Shown here piece by piece: positions 26,351-41,182 of a DNA stretch of 64,000 nt; positions within the stretch are counted from its first letter, which is position 1, and each line of letters starts with the position of its first letter. The position numbers and the translations under genes are program-made. The stretch is from Eledone cirrhosa (lineage: Eukaryota): the NCBI GenBank assembly GCA_964016885.1, contig OZ024740.1, positions 77,376,001 to 77,440,000 of the forward strand. The letters are read 5' to 3'. A model generated the notes under the pieces. The model was not told the DNA's origin, searched no databases, and worked only from the letters and a program-made list of their open reading frames with translations.

Positions 26351-26486
26351 TTTTGCATATATATATATATATATATACATGTACATATATATAGAGAGAG
26401 ATAGAGAGATATAGGGTGAGAGAGAAAGTAAGAGAGAGGGAGAGAGAGGGGGAGAGAGTGAGAGAGAGAGGGAGATAGGGAGGGAG

Positions 26487-26521
<35 letters not shown>

Positions 26522-26829
26522 TATATATAAATATATATTTATGCGTGTGTGTACATATATATATATATGCGTATGTTTGATGTGATTTGGACGTGTATAC
26601 ACACAAATATGTGAGTGAGTAAAGTAAATTGACACATCTAACTAAACCATCAGAATCTATCTCAAATGTTTTCATTTCCCCTCATTCCTGTTAGTTTACC
26701 CACGTTCTCACCTTATATACATATATGTTCTGTGAATAATACCAGCTTGCTAATTAATTACTTACATGTGTGGCGTTGAGCATCTCTATGTACGTCCGAG
26801 TATGTGTGATGTGTGCCTGTATATATGTG

Positions 26830-26865
<36 letters not shown>

Positions 26866-27519
26866 CGCGCGCGCGCGCACGCGTGTGTCTGTGTGTACCT
26901 AGCATTGATTTTATTATGCGCACGCGTGTGTTTGTGTGCGGTTTTATGATAGTCTTAGAGATTTATAGTTACAAAAACACTGTTCCGCTACCGTTACGTA
27001 CACAGGAAGAATGGTCACTAAACAAACCGACAAGAATCTCTCTACTAATCAAAGTACACAACACATATGTTCGAGAGTAAATAAGAATCTTTTAAAGATG
27101 CACCGAAAATCAAACTGGCTGATAACCAATTACTGATTAATCGTCTTTTGTTTAATGGCTGATAGTGATTAATTGAATGCTGATTATCTACAATGTAATT
27201 ATGTATTGAAATATGGAGATCGTTTTAAGATATTTTAAACAATATCTTATAATATTTCATAAGTAATTGCAGCCACGGAGTTACTATTTGAGAATGTATG
27301 ATGAGAAACTCGCTGATTTTTATCGTAGGAGGTAAAATATACGAGCTTGCAAAAAATCGGTTATGCTCTGAAAATATTGAAATGCTGATGATTTTTAAAT
27401 TTCATCATTAAAACTTATATTTCATTTGAGGAAGTTTAGCTAACATGAATCATTGTTGCTGGATTGTTTTTTAATACATTTAAATATCCATGTAAGCGGA
27501 ATCTTTCTTTTTCTTCTTC

Positions 27520-27826
27520 GCCTATTTATTCCTGAGAGGGTCGTGGGGGCAGTGTCCTCAAACATTCCTGTCAGAAGCAACCGTCTCCAACTGATCTGGC
27601 TTGATCCCCAAGCGAGACCAGCCAAACTCATAGATGTTATCCAACCATCTTATACGGGGTCTACCCCTGGGTTTCCTGCCGGGTGGTTTTGTCCGTAAAG
27701 TCTGTCCAGCGCTTTTTCCCTGAGACATTCGAACCACATGCCTGTAGTATCGGAACTGTGATCTCTCCATCTGGAGAAGTAGTGACACAACCTGGAGTAA
27801 CTCTCTGATCTCCGAGCTACGCATTC
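27520..27826 (-). pseudogene. RTE-clade LINE 3' fragment
   Basis: ORF 27558-27824 gives ERSQFRYYRHVVRM...GRKPRGRPRIRWLDNI...ASDRNV, the typical RTE C-terminus. A short plus-strand relative lies at about 43121-43175. Confidence 0.8.
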
Positions 27827-28895
27827 TATCGGAATCTTTATAATTTTAAAGTTATTACTTTTATAAAATGTCAATAAAAAATATGTCCTCTCAGGTAGGT
27901 AAAATAGTCTGTCTTCAACTTTGGCACGACTTAACCTACCACCTAGGCAGTCTCAAGCAATTCCCAGTTGAACACTAGGAGTTATATTACATTAGTCGGG
28001 TTTGGATTGTATATCCTAAGAAATAATACATGTTTCTTTTGTATTTCTAAATGCTGTATTCAATGTATTTTCTAAATTTCCTGTACCCCTGGTTTCCAAC
28101 TCAAACATATATGTCTATCGCAAATGTTTAATTGAGGGAAAAAGCCGATATCGATTAATCCGTGAAACGTCAGTGTATCTAAACTATAATAAAGTTAGGA
28201 GTGCGAGACTGCTTCCAGAATATATTTTTTTATCCCGTTTGTAAAATAAGTTGGATTACTTTGAATAAATAATGAATATTACGTAATTTATCTACTAAAT
28301 TTTATTATTCTTGATTAAATATAAATAATTTTGTTGCTTATTTTAAGATTCACTTCTTTAAAATTTTCAAATGTCAACATTTCCGGTTAGCGATCGCTTA
28401 AATAAACGTTCATATATTTCCGTCACTAATTTTCTCCTAATCCAGTTTATATATAATATCGTCTTTTTTAATGTATCATGGATTACGTTACTGATTACAT
28501 AAGACAGTGTAACAGTCTTCGTTCAATTTCTGTGTATATGGTCAATTACGATTTTATTTGATGTATCAAATCTACATGCATATATATTTGCGTATAATAT
28601 CAATATGCACACTACACATGCTAGCAGAAAAACACCCGAACGGTGGTTTTTCTGCTAGTATATATAATGGAAAAAGAAGGTACATATTCCGATATCTAAT
28701 GAAGCATCTATTCAATACTGGAATGTCTTACACATATTTCCTAATCGGCCTGTAAAATCCACATTACAGAATCCATTAATCCACACTGCTCGATAATATT
28801 AACATACTTTTTCAAAGAAAGTCCAGTGATAATAAACGATAAGTCGCCTTATCTTTCTGTATATGTACATCCAAACTACAATACAATAATATAAT

Positions 28896-29066
28896 TGTTT
28901 CTACTTTTGGCACAAGGCCAGCAATTACCCAGTGCATTACTGGTACTTTATTTTATCAACCCCGTAAGGATGAAAGGCAAAGTTAACCTCAGCGGGATTT
29001 GAACTCAGACTGTAAAGGGACGTAACTATGCTGGAAAGCATGGCGACTCTCTAACGATACTGCCAA
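28896..29066 (-). mobile_element. tRNA-derived SINE with 13-bp target-site duplication
   Basis: Family match. ACAATAATATAAT at 28883-28895 and 29069-29081. Confidence 0.9.
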
Positions 29067-29121
29067 AAACAATAATATAATAACCGGAAACTGTCAACAA
29101 AACCTGTAATTTATTTCTCAC

Positions 29122-29162
<41 letters not shown>

Positions 29163-29166
29163 AACA

Positions 29167-29306
<140 letters not shown>

Positions 29307-29481
29307 CAAACATCACGGACGCTCTATCTCAAAATTATTTTTGAAAAGCATTAGAAATGCGCAACCGGTAAAACTTAAAACCAAAACTGAATACTAACCA
29401 ATACTATTACTAATTCTCACTTATTCCTAATTAAACTATTTTTCACTGTGAACAATTTGTCAGCATTTTCTTTTCCGTTTA

Positions 29482-29518
<37 letters not shown>

Positions 29519-29670
29519 GGGGGGGGGGGTATTCAATTATTGAATCATCTGTATTAGTGCATACACACAAGAGCAAAGTTTCTCGATACGAAGTCTATTA
29601 TGAAATACAATTTAATATTGTTGACTTTTCACTGGGATGGCTTGAAGGTACTTCCTTCGGCTGGTCGGGT

Positions 29671-29895
29671 CGGGCTGTAGTGATATAACATAGACAATCC
29701 TTCTACATCTAGATACGGGCTGTAGTGATATAACATAGACAATCCTTCTACATCTAGATACGGGCTGTAGTGATATAACATAGACAATCCTTCTACATCT
29801 AGATACGGGCTGTAGTGATATAACATAGACAATCCTTCTACATCTAGATACGGGCTGTAGTGATATAACATAGACAATCCTTCTACATCTAGATA
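29671..29895. repeat. Perfect 45-bp minisatellite, 5 copies
   Basis: CGGGCTGTAGTGATATAACATAGACAATCCTTCTACATCTAGATA at 29671, 29716, 29761, 29806 and 29851. Confidence 0.97.
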
Positions 29896-29954
29896 CATAG
29901 AAAACTGGAAGTGTTTAAATATTTGAAAAACATAGTTTCATTGGTTGTTATAAT

Positions 29955-30106
29955 TGTTTCTACTTTTAGCACAAGGCCAGCAATTACCCAGTGCATTACT
30001 GGTACTTTATTTTATCGACTCCGTAAGGATGAAAGGCAAAGTTAACCTCGGCGGGATTTGAACTCAGAATGGCAAGGGCCGTAACTCTATGCGTCAAAGC
30101 ATGGCG
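29955..30106 (-). mobile_element. tRNA-derived SINE, 5'-truncated
   Basis: Family match. Older or partial copies also occur at about 312-415, 21380-21660, 24510-24640, 33690-33810, 51875-51966 and 60787-61030. Confidence 0.88.
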
Positions 30107-30479
30107 ATATAGGAAAATAGACTGTGAATGTGGATTGTGGAAGTAGTAATAGAGATGAGAGAAAGAAAAATATAAGGGAAAAAGTAAATCAAAAGAAGAG
30201 AAAGAAAAAAATAAGAAAGGCGGAAAAACGAAGAGTGGTCAATTTTAAGTGGAAGTGTGGATAGAAGGAGGATTATGTAAGGGAGAATTAGAGGGGATGA
30301 TATGAAACATGGTGAAAATAAATGCTTTTCTATAAGGTTATAAGCTTTTCTATTAGGTTAAAGAAACTTAATTAATACGGGTGAATATTAGAGCCAATGG
30401 GTAGCTCTATTGTGTGTATTATATCATAAGGGTAATTACAATAAACTTGTAATTAAATATTAAATATTAAATATTATAC

Positions 30480-31430
30480 TCTTCGAGGAAAGAAAAATTC
30501 TGTGTCTGAAATTCTACTAACAATATTACAGAAATGGAGCAAAATATTCAATTTTTCTAAAGAGCATAGATCGCCGAAATAGAAGTAAGTTTACGTGTGG
30601 TTCAAATTTTGCCGTATGTCATAATTACAGTGGTTATCTTTCAAGGCCCAAATATAATTTGATAGAGTGGTGTCTGCAAGTGTGGCTGGCTTTCAGGAGG
30701 TTGCCATATTTTGGCCATATCGCAATTCATATTGGTTACCTTTTAAAGCGATATACATTTCAATTATTGGTACATTCACTGATGAAACTTTAGCACAATG
30801 TTCTAAAGAGCTTGTGTGATATCTACCATTTAAAGGACATGTGTCAAGATTTATGCAATTACATGTTTCAATGGTATGTGGCATAGCGGAAATTTCAAGA
30901 TTGTTTTCCCGTTAACTTTCGACAAGGATTTGGCAAAGCTATTTACAATGGAATATCTAGAATAGCTAACCTTTCAATTACAGTGGTTACATATTCTAAG
31001 ATATTTGTAATGATTGGAGAAGTGTTTGCCTACAACGATTATAAATTGTCTAACGATGCCGGGCTTACTTTTACATTCAAATGGGGATTATACAAAAGTT
31101 TATTTTGTTTTGTATGTTGTTGTCGTTGTTTATTTCCATTTATTTGTTTAGATTGACAGCATTATTATCATTGTTCCGCGTCTATTTTATCTTATCTTTA
31201 AAAGCATTCTGTGATAGAACGTTATTATAATAATCTATTGTATTATTACATGAAATATACACTGAGAACTACGTTAAAGGTACACGTATCTGTAGAAAGC
31301 TCAGCCACTTGGACGTTAATTTCAGGAGAAGGCTGTTCCATTGATTGTAACAACTGGAATACTCGTCACCGACGGAGGGCCAGTTTGAGTATGTTCAGTG
31401 GGTGTATTTCTATATATATGTGTGAATATA
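30480..31430 (-). pseudogene. Decayed Penelope-like element: RT thumb/linker and GIY-YIG endonuclease region
   Basis: Minus-strand peptides LLYNPH, GKHFSNH..LRICNH...KVSYS, CNCINLDTCPLNG, MYIALKGNQYELRY and TTLSNYIWALKDN match the Penelope-like CxC-x-CPLxG linker and the GIY-YIG C-terminal motifs. Stops and frameshifts are present. Confidence 0.8.
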
Positions 31431-32049
31431 TATATAAAATGAGTCCAGGTGATTTTATAAAGTCCGTTGCACTAATGTTTTGAGTCTGGGAGAATAATTT
31501 TCTCTTACCAACTTACAATTATAACTGACTCGACACATTTCTAACATAGGTGTGTAGAACAAAGAGCGTTGCTTGCTATTTGTAAGTTCAGCTGCTAGAA
31601 ATAGCAATGACTTGGACCTCGAAACATATCTACACGTCTTAGAAAAGAAAAACACGTTAGTAATGTGATACTTCCTATATTTAAGGATATTGAAGAAAAC
31701 ATAAGATTGTCATAACTGGAATGTCTTCTGTCCTACATCTGCTGGATCAGAGCTAACTTGAGGATAAGCAATCAGAGTAACAACAACAGCAACATCTGGA
31801 TTAGAGTATGAGCCAACGTGAAAGTCTCTTCCCACTCGCTTGACCTGCAAAAAGAAGCAACCAAGTTCATTGAAGTAAAACGCTTTGAATAAAGAAGGAT
31901 TTACCGATTGTTGTGGTCTTTGATATATTAAAAAGAATAGAACGTTCGTGTTTGACCACAGGTCTACTCAATCTGGTAAGGGACACAAGATATGTATAAT
32001 AAAATTAAAGCCACAATTATTTTATCCGATGTTTTCAAATGTTGGGTTG

Positions 32050-32345
32050 TCATTATTATTAAGTGAAGCATCCTTGTTATACTTACAACGTTTTTGGTGT
32101 TTGTAAACTCCGGCCTTCTTCGGGAACCTGCCGTATTCAGTACTGCTCTCGGAATTTTTAACTAAAACTTTTATTGAAACTACGGTATAAGAACAGTATA
32201 ACCGGTGATTTGAATAAAGACAACGTTTCAAAATTCCAAGATCATTACCAAATAAAAAGGCACCTGAAGAAGGCTAAGGGATACAATAGCTAAAACGTTA
32301 TGATTATAGCAACCAAGCTGAAAATATTTGTCTGAATAAGTCCGT
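32050..32345. mobile_element. Old head-to-head pair of Penelope-LTR-like ends with decayed hammerheads
   Basis: Plus: CAC-CTGAAGA(32264-32270)-AGGCT..AGCT-AAAAC-GTT-ATG. Minus (about 32085-32125): CCGAAGA-AGGC...AAAAC-GTT-GT. Confidence 0.5.
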
Positions 32346-32769
32346 TTATATTGGCAAGGACTACCATTCAAATCCACTTCTCTTACCAGGGTTCAGCAAC
32401 AGTACGGCATGTATGCAATTTAGAACAGATACACCGTTTTCCTGTATGTATGTAATAAGATGTGACTAAAAAAAATTGGCGACAAACAGGGTGTCTGGTC
32501 ATAAAACATTGCTTATGATAAGCAGGCAGTCTTCCATGGAACCCGCCAAACTAACCCCAGCAAACGGAAATCGAATCCTGCTATGCTTATAATTCCTTTT
32601 TGAATATAGAAGTAAGCCCTGTATAATTTTTTTAAAAACGTTGTAAGTATACACTTCTCTAACCATTTCAAACAGGGAAGAATTTTCTAAGGAAAATGTG
32701 AAAATGGACTTAAAACGTTTGCTACTACTTATATCAGTCCAGTCTAACGTCTGTCTCAAACCAAAATGC

Positions 32770-33015
32770 TCGTTAGGCCGGTGCTTATCTCAGTTTCGTG
32801 GCGTAAAGCGACTGAACGTACAAAGCTACGCCTCTTCCCTGGAGAGGACGCCAGTCTGTCGCAAGGTTAAACCCCAGCTATTTCAGGTACTCATTTTCAA
32901 CTGAGTATATTGGAACAACGTGAAATGAAGTTTTTACTCAAGAACACAACACGCAACACAGCCCGCAACTTTATGATCGTAAATCCAACACCCTCGCTAA
33001 CTAGGCCACGCGCCT
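32770..33015 (-). mobile_element. Decayed tRNA-derived SINE (V-SINE-like body)
   Basis: Reverse strand starts AGGCGCGTGGCCTAGTTAG. The body includes AAAATGAGTACCTG...CCTTGCGACAGACTGGCGTCC. Confidence 0.6.
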
Positions 33016-35524
33016 TATATCAACACGGGGATAATTCTAATATAAAAATCGGTTAATTTAAACAAAATGGTTAAATTCCTAAGTTCTCAAAATTCGTTCA
33101 GATTCATAAAAATCTTTGAATGCAAAGAATTTTGGAATTCCCTCCGACGTGTCAACTTTATGGCAGTGATTTAATCACATTATATCAGATACAGATATGG
33201 TGAAATCTTTCTGATAGATGACGTGAAATAAAAATATTACCAGAGATATAGACATATCGCTAGGTTAAGGGAAATAGAAAAATAATCGTCAGATTAGATA
33301 GATAGTTAGATATAGTGCATGTGTGAGAAAAGAATAGACAGAAAGATATATAGAAGAAGAAGAAGAAGAAGAAGAAGAGTATAACAAAATATTAAATTAC
33401 CAAGAAACCTAGTACCAACAATTGTTTCATTATATAGTTAGGAGAGAATGACAATGCCAATGACCCTTTTCAAAGACTCTCTGAGTGGGGACCTGATCTG
33501 AATGCGTGCAACTCAGGAGACTCCACTAAATTCCCTCAAGAGGCATGTTAAACTGAGTGACGGATTAAGCTAACTGATCTATTAATCTGTGGCCTACTTG
33601 GTTGGTAGGCTTATGACGCAACGAGCTGGTATACATAACGAAAAGTGTCTCGTTTGACGCCTAGGCAATTCAGTCAGTCAATCGCTCTCAACTGGTACGA
33701 AAGGTTGAAAGGCAAAGTCAGCCTCCGTGAAATTTGAACTGATAGCAAAGACAACCGATAGAGATACTGCAAAACATTTTGCCATACACTCTAACGAATT
33801 CAGCAATTCACCCCCTCATTTAACGAATTAACCCTTTTATTACCCAGCCGCTTGAAACCCGTTATAAAACTGTTTTTCAGGTGTTTATATTTATCTAATA
33901 ATCTTCCATCAAAATGTAATGTAAGAACCATCCTTAAATTTTGTTTCAAGCACCAAACTAATAGCGAGAAGGCTAGTTATATTCTTCATTATTTGAAAAA
34001 ACATAGGTGGTGTATTTCATTAAAAATATGGTTACGAAATAGCTAACCGAGAGATTGTTCTGGAAGAGCAAATGTAAATGGTTAACCTCAAATTACCTTT
34101 CCATATTTTTCACATCAAGGAGACGAAACTAGTTAAAAGCAGTAAGTAAAAAATTTATCAAAGTAGTATCTAGAAAAAAAACCATAAATCTTCTACCTCT
34201 TTCAAAAGTGTCATTTAAAGAAGATAGAATATTACTAAAGATACAGTACTTTCAGACAACTCCCGTAACGCTACAGTAAATATACCTAAAGCAGAAATGA
34301 TTTTGAGCATAAATATACATAGATATATGCAAATCCACTTATTCATTATTTACATGCAATGAAAGACACAACCATACAGAAGTAAAGACATAGAAACATC
34401 AATGGCCAAATACACAAGTCTATGTTTTTTTCCACCAAATTACACATCTGCTACTGCATAAAGATCTTTAATTGGTGTTTGTATTTGTCTTAATAGCCAT
34501 CTACTCACCCTCAAAAACATAACCAAAACACAAACACCACACATACACAGAGACACAGACACATATACATATTATGTGCGTATACACCAGTGTGTAATAC
34601 TCTTCTTTCTTTATCTATGTGTTTGTCATTATATTTTCTATACTCCACCCTAGAAATTTAACGATTTAACCTGATGTTAGCGGCCATTACAATTTTTACA
34701 AAATAACTCCAGTCTTGTTCCTCCATTACTAATAAACTAAGTCAAACAACTAGTTGCCCGAGGTTTTTTTTCTCCCCCTTTTTTCTTACGTGTGTAGTTG
34801 TTGTTGTTTTTGATGGGTGCAGAGAGGGTTATTCTAAAGAAATGGTGTCATATTCCGAGTTATGAAAGAGTGGCAAAGAGTTTTGTAGTGAATATTTGAT
34901 CTGAGGAAGCATTTCCTTAGAAAACACAACATTTCCGTTCTAGAAAGCGGATCGTTGACGTCTTCATTTTATTTTATTTTATTTCGCTAATGATGGTGAA
35001 AAGAGGTCCTGGGGACGAAGGGGGACGAGAAAAGGAGCTGGGTAATGATGATGGAGGTGATGGAGAAAGAGATGTGATGATTGTGGTGCTGGGGCGGTCC
35101 TTTCTACTGAATATGTCAAACCAACATAAAAACGACTTTTTTGTTTCAGGTAAGATATCTTCAAATCTCTTCATTCATCCCCTATAAAACATTTCGTTCA
35201 CAGTGACGAGTGAGAGAGGAGTGACAGAGAAAGACACAGACAAAACAGAGAATGGGAGGGGGAGTGGGAGATAAAGAAAGGAAATAGGGTGACAGACAGT
35301 GTGACAGAACAAACTATCTGTACTATATAATGCCCAGATAGAGATATAAACTGCACATTTCTTGAACATTGACAGATAATAAAATATCCGTTTCTTACTA
35401 AATACTCACGTACTCATTTTAGAACTCATACACACACGCAGTGTGTGTCTGTGTGAGTCCCGAGTTCGATCGGGGGTGATCACAGTTACTAAGGAACTCA
35501 ATATATTAGTAGAGTGTAAACATC

Positions 35525-36030
35525 AAGTTTAATATAGAAATGGCTTCTACTGGACTAGAACTGTTTCAAAAGAAATCATCAGGCTTTTCTGGTGATTTCT
35601 TTTGAATGAAACATTTCTAGTCCAGTAGAACCCATTTTTATATGAAACTTTATATATATTATTTATACAAAGTAGAGTGTATACAATATTTAATATAAAA
35701 ATGGCTTCTACAGGACTAGAACTGTTTCATTCGAAGGAAATCATCAAGGAAAGTTCTTATCTGTATCGTCTCTTTCTATAACGCTTCTTCTCTCTATTCG
35801 CTCTCACGATACTGTAACATTTTATTATATATATATGTATATATATAGAGAGAATAGAGAGAAGAAGCGTTATAGAAAGAGACGATACAGATAATAGCTT
35901 TCCTTGATGATTTATTCGAATGAAACAGTTCTAGTCCTGTAGAAGCCATTTTTATATTAAATATTGTATACACTCTACTATGTATTGAGTAACTTACTTA
36001 CTGTGGTTACCTCCGATGGAACACGAAATA
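35525..36030. mobile_element. Two adjacent palindromes of one repeat family with hammerhead-like cores
   Basis: About 35530-35650 and about 35671-35980 are each foldbacks. The motif (C/T)TG(A/G)TGA-short stem-GAAAC-AGTTCTA-GTC occurs four times. Stem I pairing is poor. Confidence 0.55.
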
Positions 36031-36344
36031 CACATATATATATAAATATACATATATATGATATATATATATACGGGGTAACAGATTATTGTTATAGGTA
36101 GTCCACCTAAGTGTAGTCCAGTTAGGGTACTCCGAGTAGTGGATGATATCAACGCTTGGCTAAGTTTGACTCACTAGCTCCGATGAATTTACTGGTTACA
36201 ACTATGTATTGGTGATCGAATGACGTGAAAACAAGCGGGTAGCGATCTCTAGACCTACCAGTTCAAAGAAACAATTGTCAGCAATGAGATTAAAAACCTT
36301 TTTTGTATAGCAAACCGTGTCACTCTTCTTTCCTGATTTATATA

Positions 36345-36441
<97 letters not shown>

Positions 36442-36539
36442 ATAATAATAAATTTCAAGACTAAAATCCAAGGTTTCAGAAGATCCCGTTAAGGGTGAAA
36501 GCAGCGATTCTTTGCTTAAACTTTAATCTGTTATTTTAG

Positions 36540-36592
<53 letters not shown>

Positions 36593-37279
36593 GTGTGTGT
36601 GTGTGTAGAAGTTATATTTAATTTGTTGGGATTCTAACAAAGTTAATAGTTTATAACTTATATAGAGCACTCGACAGTTTAATGGAGTAAATATTCAATA
36701 TATTAATAAATGGAAACTATATTTATAAAACCATATTTATTCTATTATATATATTTCAAGGGCAACGAAGCCGATCTTGGTGCGCTTTCATCAGGTAAAA
36801 TACAAAATTTGTTTTATAAATAGAGACATAGCCGTAGAAAACAACCTTGACGGTTGAAAATTCGCTAAAAATCAAAATGGCGAGCTGTGTTGTTTCAATT
36901 AAGTATAATGAAAAATAAAAGTTACGGGCGAAAGAGAGGAGTATCCGTCATCAGTTGGCTGCTAGGAATCATAGGTATTTCTTCGCGTTAGAGACAAGAT
37001 ACCTCAGCCTAGGGTGAAACAATAACTATTTGAAATAAATTCTAAATATATATGTATATGTATATATATGTGTGTGTGCGTGTGTGTGTGTGTGTGCGTG
37101 TGCGTGTGCGTGTGCGTGTGCGTGTGCGTGTGCGTGTGTTAAAATAACAGATTAAAGTTTAACCAAAGAATCGATGCTTTCAACCTTAATAAATATTTGC
37201 TCTACGGTTCTTATATATTTGATATATATTTATCCTTATAGAGCCCTCTTTGGATTTTAGTCTTCACATTTATTATTAT

Positions 37280-37368
<89 letters not shown>

Positions 37369-37708
37369 GGGGTAGCGAGAGAGAGAGGAGAGAGAGGTGC
37401 AGAAAGAGGCAGGGAGGGAGACGACTTATATATATATACTATAATGTTTATTAAACACAATACACTGTTAAATGATCTAGTAGTTGCAATAAGCAATTGC
37501 ATATATCTATCATGTTAGAAGCCACACAGTCTGTACTCTATAAACACTACAGTTGAATTCTACGTAGTTAATCGGTCCTTCTACTATTATCATAAACACC
37601 TATCTGAAAACACGCACCTGTTTTATGCATTAATTGGCGATGGACTCATGTTAGCTCCCTCATATATATATCACTAACTTCTCTATCTTTTTCTCTCACT
37701 CCCTCTCT

Positions 37709-37815
<107 letters not shown>

Positions 37816-37974
37816 TATTAAAATAACAGGTTAAAGTTTAAGCAAAGAATCGCTGCTTTCACCCTTAATCTGTTATTTTAATAAATATTTCCTCTACGGT
37901 TCTTATATATTTGATATACATTTATCCTTATCGAGCCCTCTTTGGATTTTAGTCTTCAAATTTATTATTATTAA

Positions 37975-38033
<59 letters not shown>

Positions 38034-38065
38034 AGAATATTTTCGAAACAGCGAGCGAGTTTGAA

Positions 38066-38249
38066 ATTAGAAATATAAGCTATCGCCGTATTTTGACTAA
38101 AGAAATTACTTAGCCTGATAGTGGGGTTAAGAACCCTCGGAGAAATGGACGTCAATACTCATCCTTTTCCATTTCTCCGAGGGTTCTTAACCCCACTATC
38201 AGGCTAAGTAATTTCTTTAGTCAAAATACGGCGATAGCTTATATTTCTA

Positions 38250-38251
<2 letters not shown>
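38066..38251. repeat. Perfect palindrome, arms of about 84 bp, within (TA)n
   Basis: ATTAGAAATATAAGCTATCGCC...CTCGGAGAAATGGA / TCCATTTCTCCGAG...GCTTATATTTCTAAT. Confidence 0.9.
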
Positions 38252-38310
<59 letters not shown>

Positions 38311-38779
38311 AGCCTCTCTATTTATGCAAGCATATAATATTTGTACAAGAATAAAAAAGGCAAACGCAGAAACAATTGGACAGTCTTTATTAGTTTCACG
38401 CTTGTAGGAAAAGAAAAACGAATATATATGGATGTAAATCTATATATGTAAGTGTGTGTGAATGTATGTATGTATGTATGTATGTATGTATGTATGTATG
38501 TATGTATGTATGTATGTATGTGTGTATGTATATATGTGTGTATATGTATGTATATATACATATAACGAAGGAGGTGTGGTAAGGAACCAGATGGACCATA
38601 ATGCACCAGAGTACTCAATACTTAGGGTAGCAGAGTAGGTAATAGGAAAAATGTTTAATCCCGACCGCAGGACTCAAGGATGGGTGGAAAAGTCGGGATA
38701 TGGCGTGGTAAAGTCGGAAAGTGCTATACTACGGAGGTAGGAGCTCTGCGGTCGGGGTTAAGCATTTTCTTATATATAC

Positions 38780-38879
<100 letters not shown>

Positions 38880-39124
38880 CCATACATAGATATATGTGTG
38901 TGTGTCTGTGTATATATGTATGTGTAAATGTGTGTATTACATCAAAACCCACGGGAGATAAAGAAACGGAGGTTGTACTGACGTATTTTATATACCTCAC
39001 ACAAGTCCCTAAATAGTTATTATACACACCGCTGAAATCCCTGTACAGCTATTATATACACCTGTCAAGTAAAGTATACTTCTATTCCATAAATCTCTAT
39101 GCCTCTATCTCTCTTTCTCTCTCA

Positions 39125-39126
<2 letters not shown>

Positions 39127-39180
<54 letters not shown>

Positions 39181-39217
39181 ATGTATATATATATGTATAT
39201 ATATATATATATGTATG

Positions 39218-39288
<71 letters not shown>

Positions 39289-39452
39289 GTATTATATATA
39301 TATGCATATATATATATGTATATATATATATGCATATATATATATGTATATATATATATATGCATATGTATATATATATATGTGTATATATATATGTGTA
39401 TATATATGTATATTTTATGTGTATATAATATATATGTATATATATATGTGTG

Positions 39453-39511
<59 letters not shown>

Positions 39512-39632
39512 GCATATATATATATGTATATATATATATGCATATGTATATATATATATGTGTATATATATATGTGTATATATATGATTATATATGTGTA
39601 TATATATATATATATGTATATATATATGTGTG

Positions 39633-39665
<33 letters not shown>

Positions 39666-39696
39666 GTATATATATATACATATATGTATATATATG

Positions 39697-39731
<35 letters not shown>

Positions 39732-39752
39732 GTATATATAAATATATATATG

Positions 39753-39792
<40 letters not shown>

Positions 39793-39854
39793 TGTATATA
39801 TAAATATATGTATATATATATATTTATATATATATATATATGTATATATATATG

Positions 39855-39894
<40 letters not shown>

Positions 39895-39906
39895 TGTGTA
39901 TATATA

Positions 39907-39945
<39 letters not shown>

Positions 39946-40068
39946 ATATATATATATGTATATATATGTATATATATATATATGTATATATATATGTGTA
40001 TGTATATCTATGTGTATATATATATGTATGTATATATATAATATATATGTATATATATATATGTATAT

Positions 40069-40128
<60 letters not shown>

Positions 40129-40191
40129 ATATATATATATGTATATATATATATATGTATATAGATATATATATGTATATATATATGTATA

Positions 40192-40225
<34 letters not shown>

Positions 40226-40235
40226 CATATATATG

Positions 40236-40282
<47 letters not shown>

Positions 40283-40313
40283 TTATATATATATATATAT
40301 GTATATATATATG

Positions 40314-40351
<38 letters not shown>

Positions 40352-40363
40352 TGTGTATATATA

Positions 40364-40407
<44 letters not shown>

Positions 40408-40419
40408 TATATATACACA

Positions 40420-40457
<38 letters not shown>

Positions 40458-40488
40458 CTATATATATACATATATATTATATATATAA

Positions 40489-40535
<47 letters not shown>

Positions 40536-40668
40536 CATATATATGTATATATATATATGTATATATATGTATATATATATATATGTATATATATATGTGT
40601 ATGTATATCTATGTGTATATATATATGTATGTATATATATATATATATGTATATATGTATATGTATAT

Positions 40669-40744
<76 letters not shown>

Positions 40745-40755
40745 ATATATATATG

Positions 40756-40849
<94 letters not shown>

Positions 40850-40859
40850 CATATATATG

Positions 40860-40910
<51 letters not shown>

Positions 40911-40979
40911 GTCTTATATATATATATATATATAAGTATATATATATATGTATATATATATATATGTATATATTTATAT

Positions 40980-41024
<45 letters not shown>

Positions 41025-41119
41025 TATGTGTATATATATATATATACATATATATATATACATATATATATAAGTATGTACGTATACGTACATACATATA
41101 TGTATACAGACGTACAGTA

Positions 41120-41180
<61 letters not shown>
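39127..41180. repeat. Compound (TA)n/(TATG) microsatellite of about 2 kb
   Basis: Direct reading; source of the long YI/IY pseudo-ORFs. Confidence 0.95.

Positions 41181-41182
<2 letters not shown>

Noticed and set aside
29671-29895. CRISPR-like repeat
   Set aside because: Contiguous identical repeats with no spacers.
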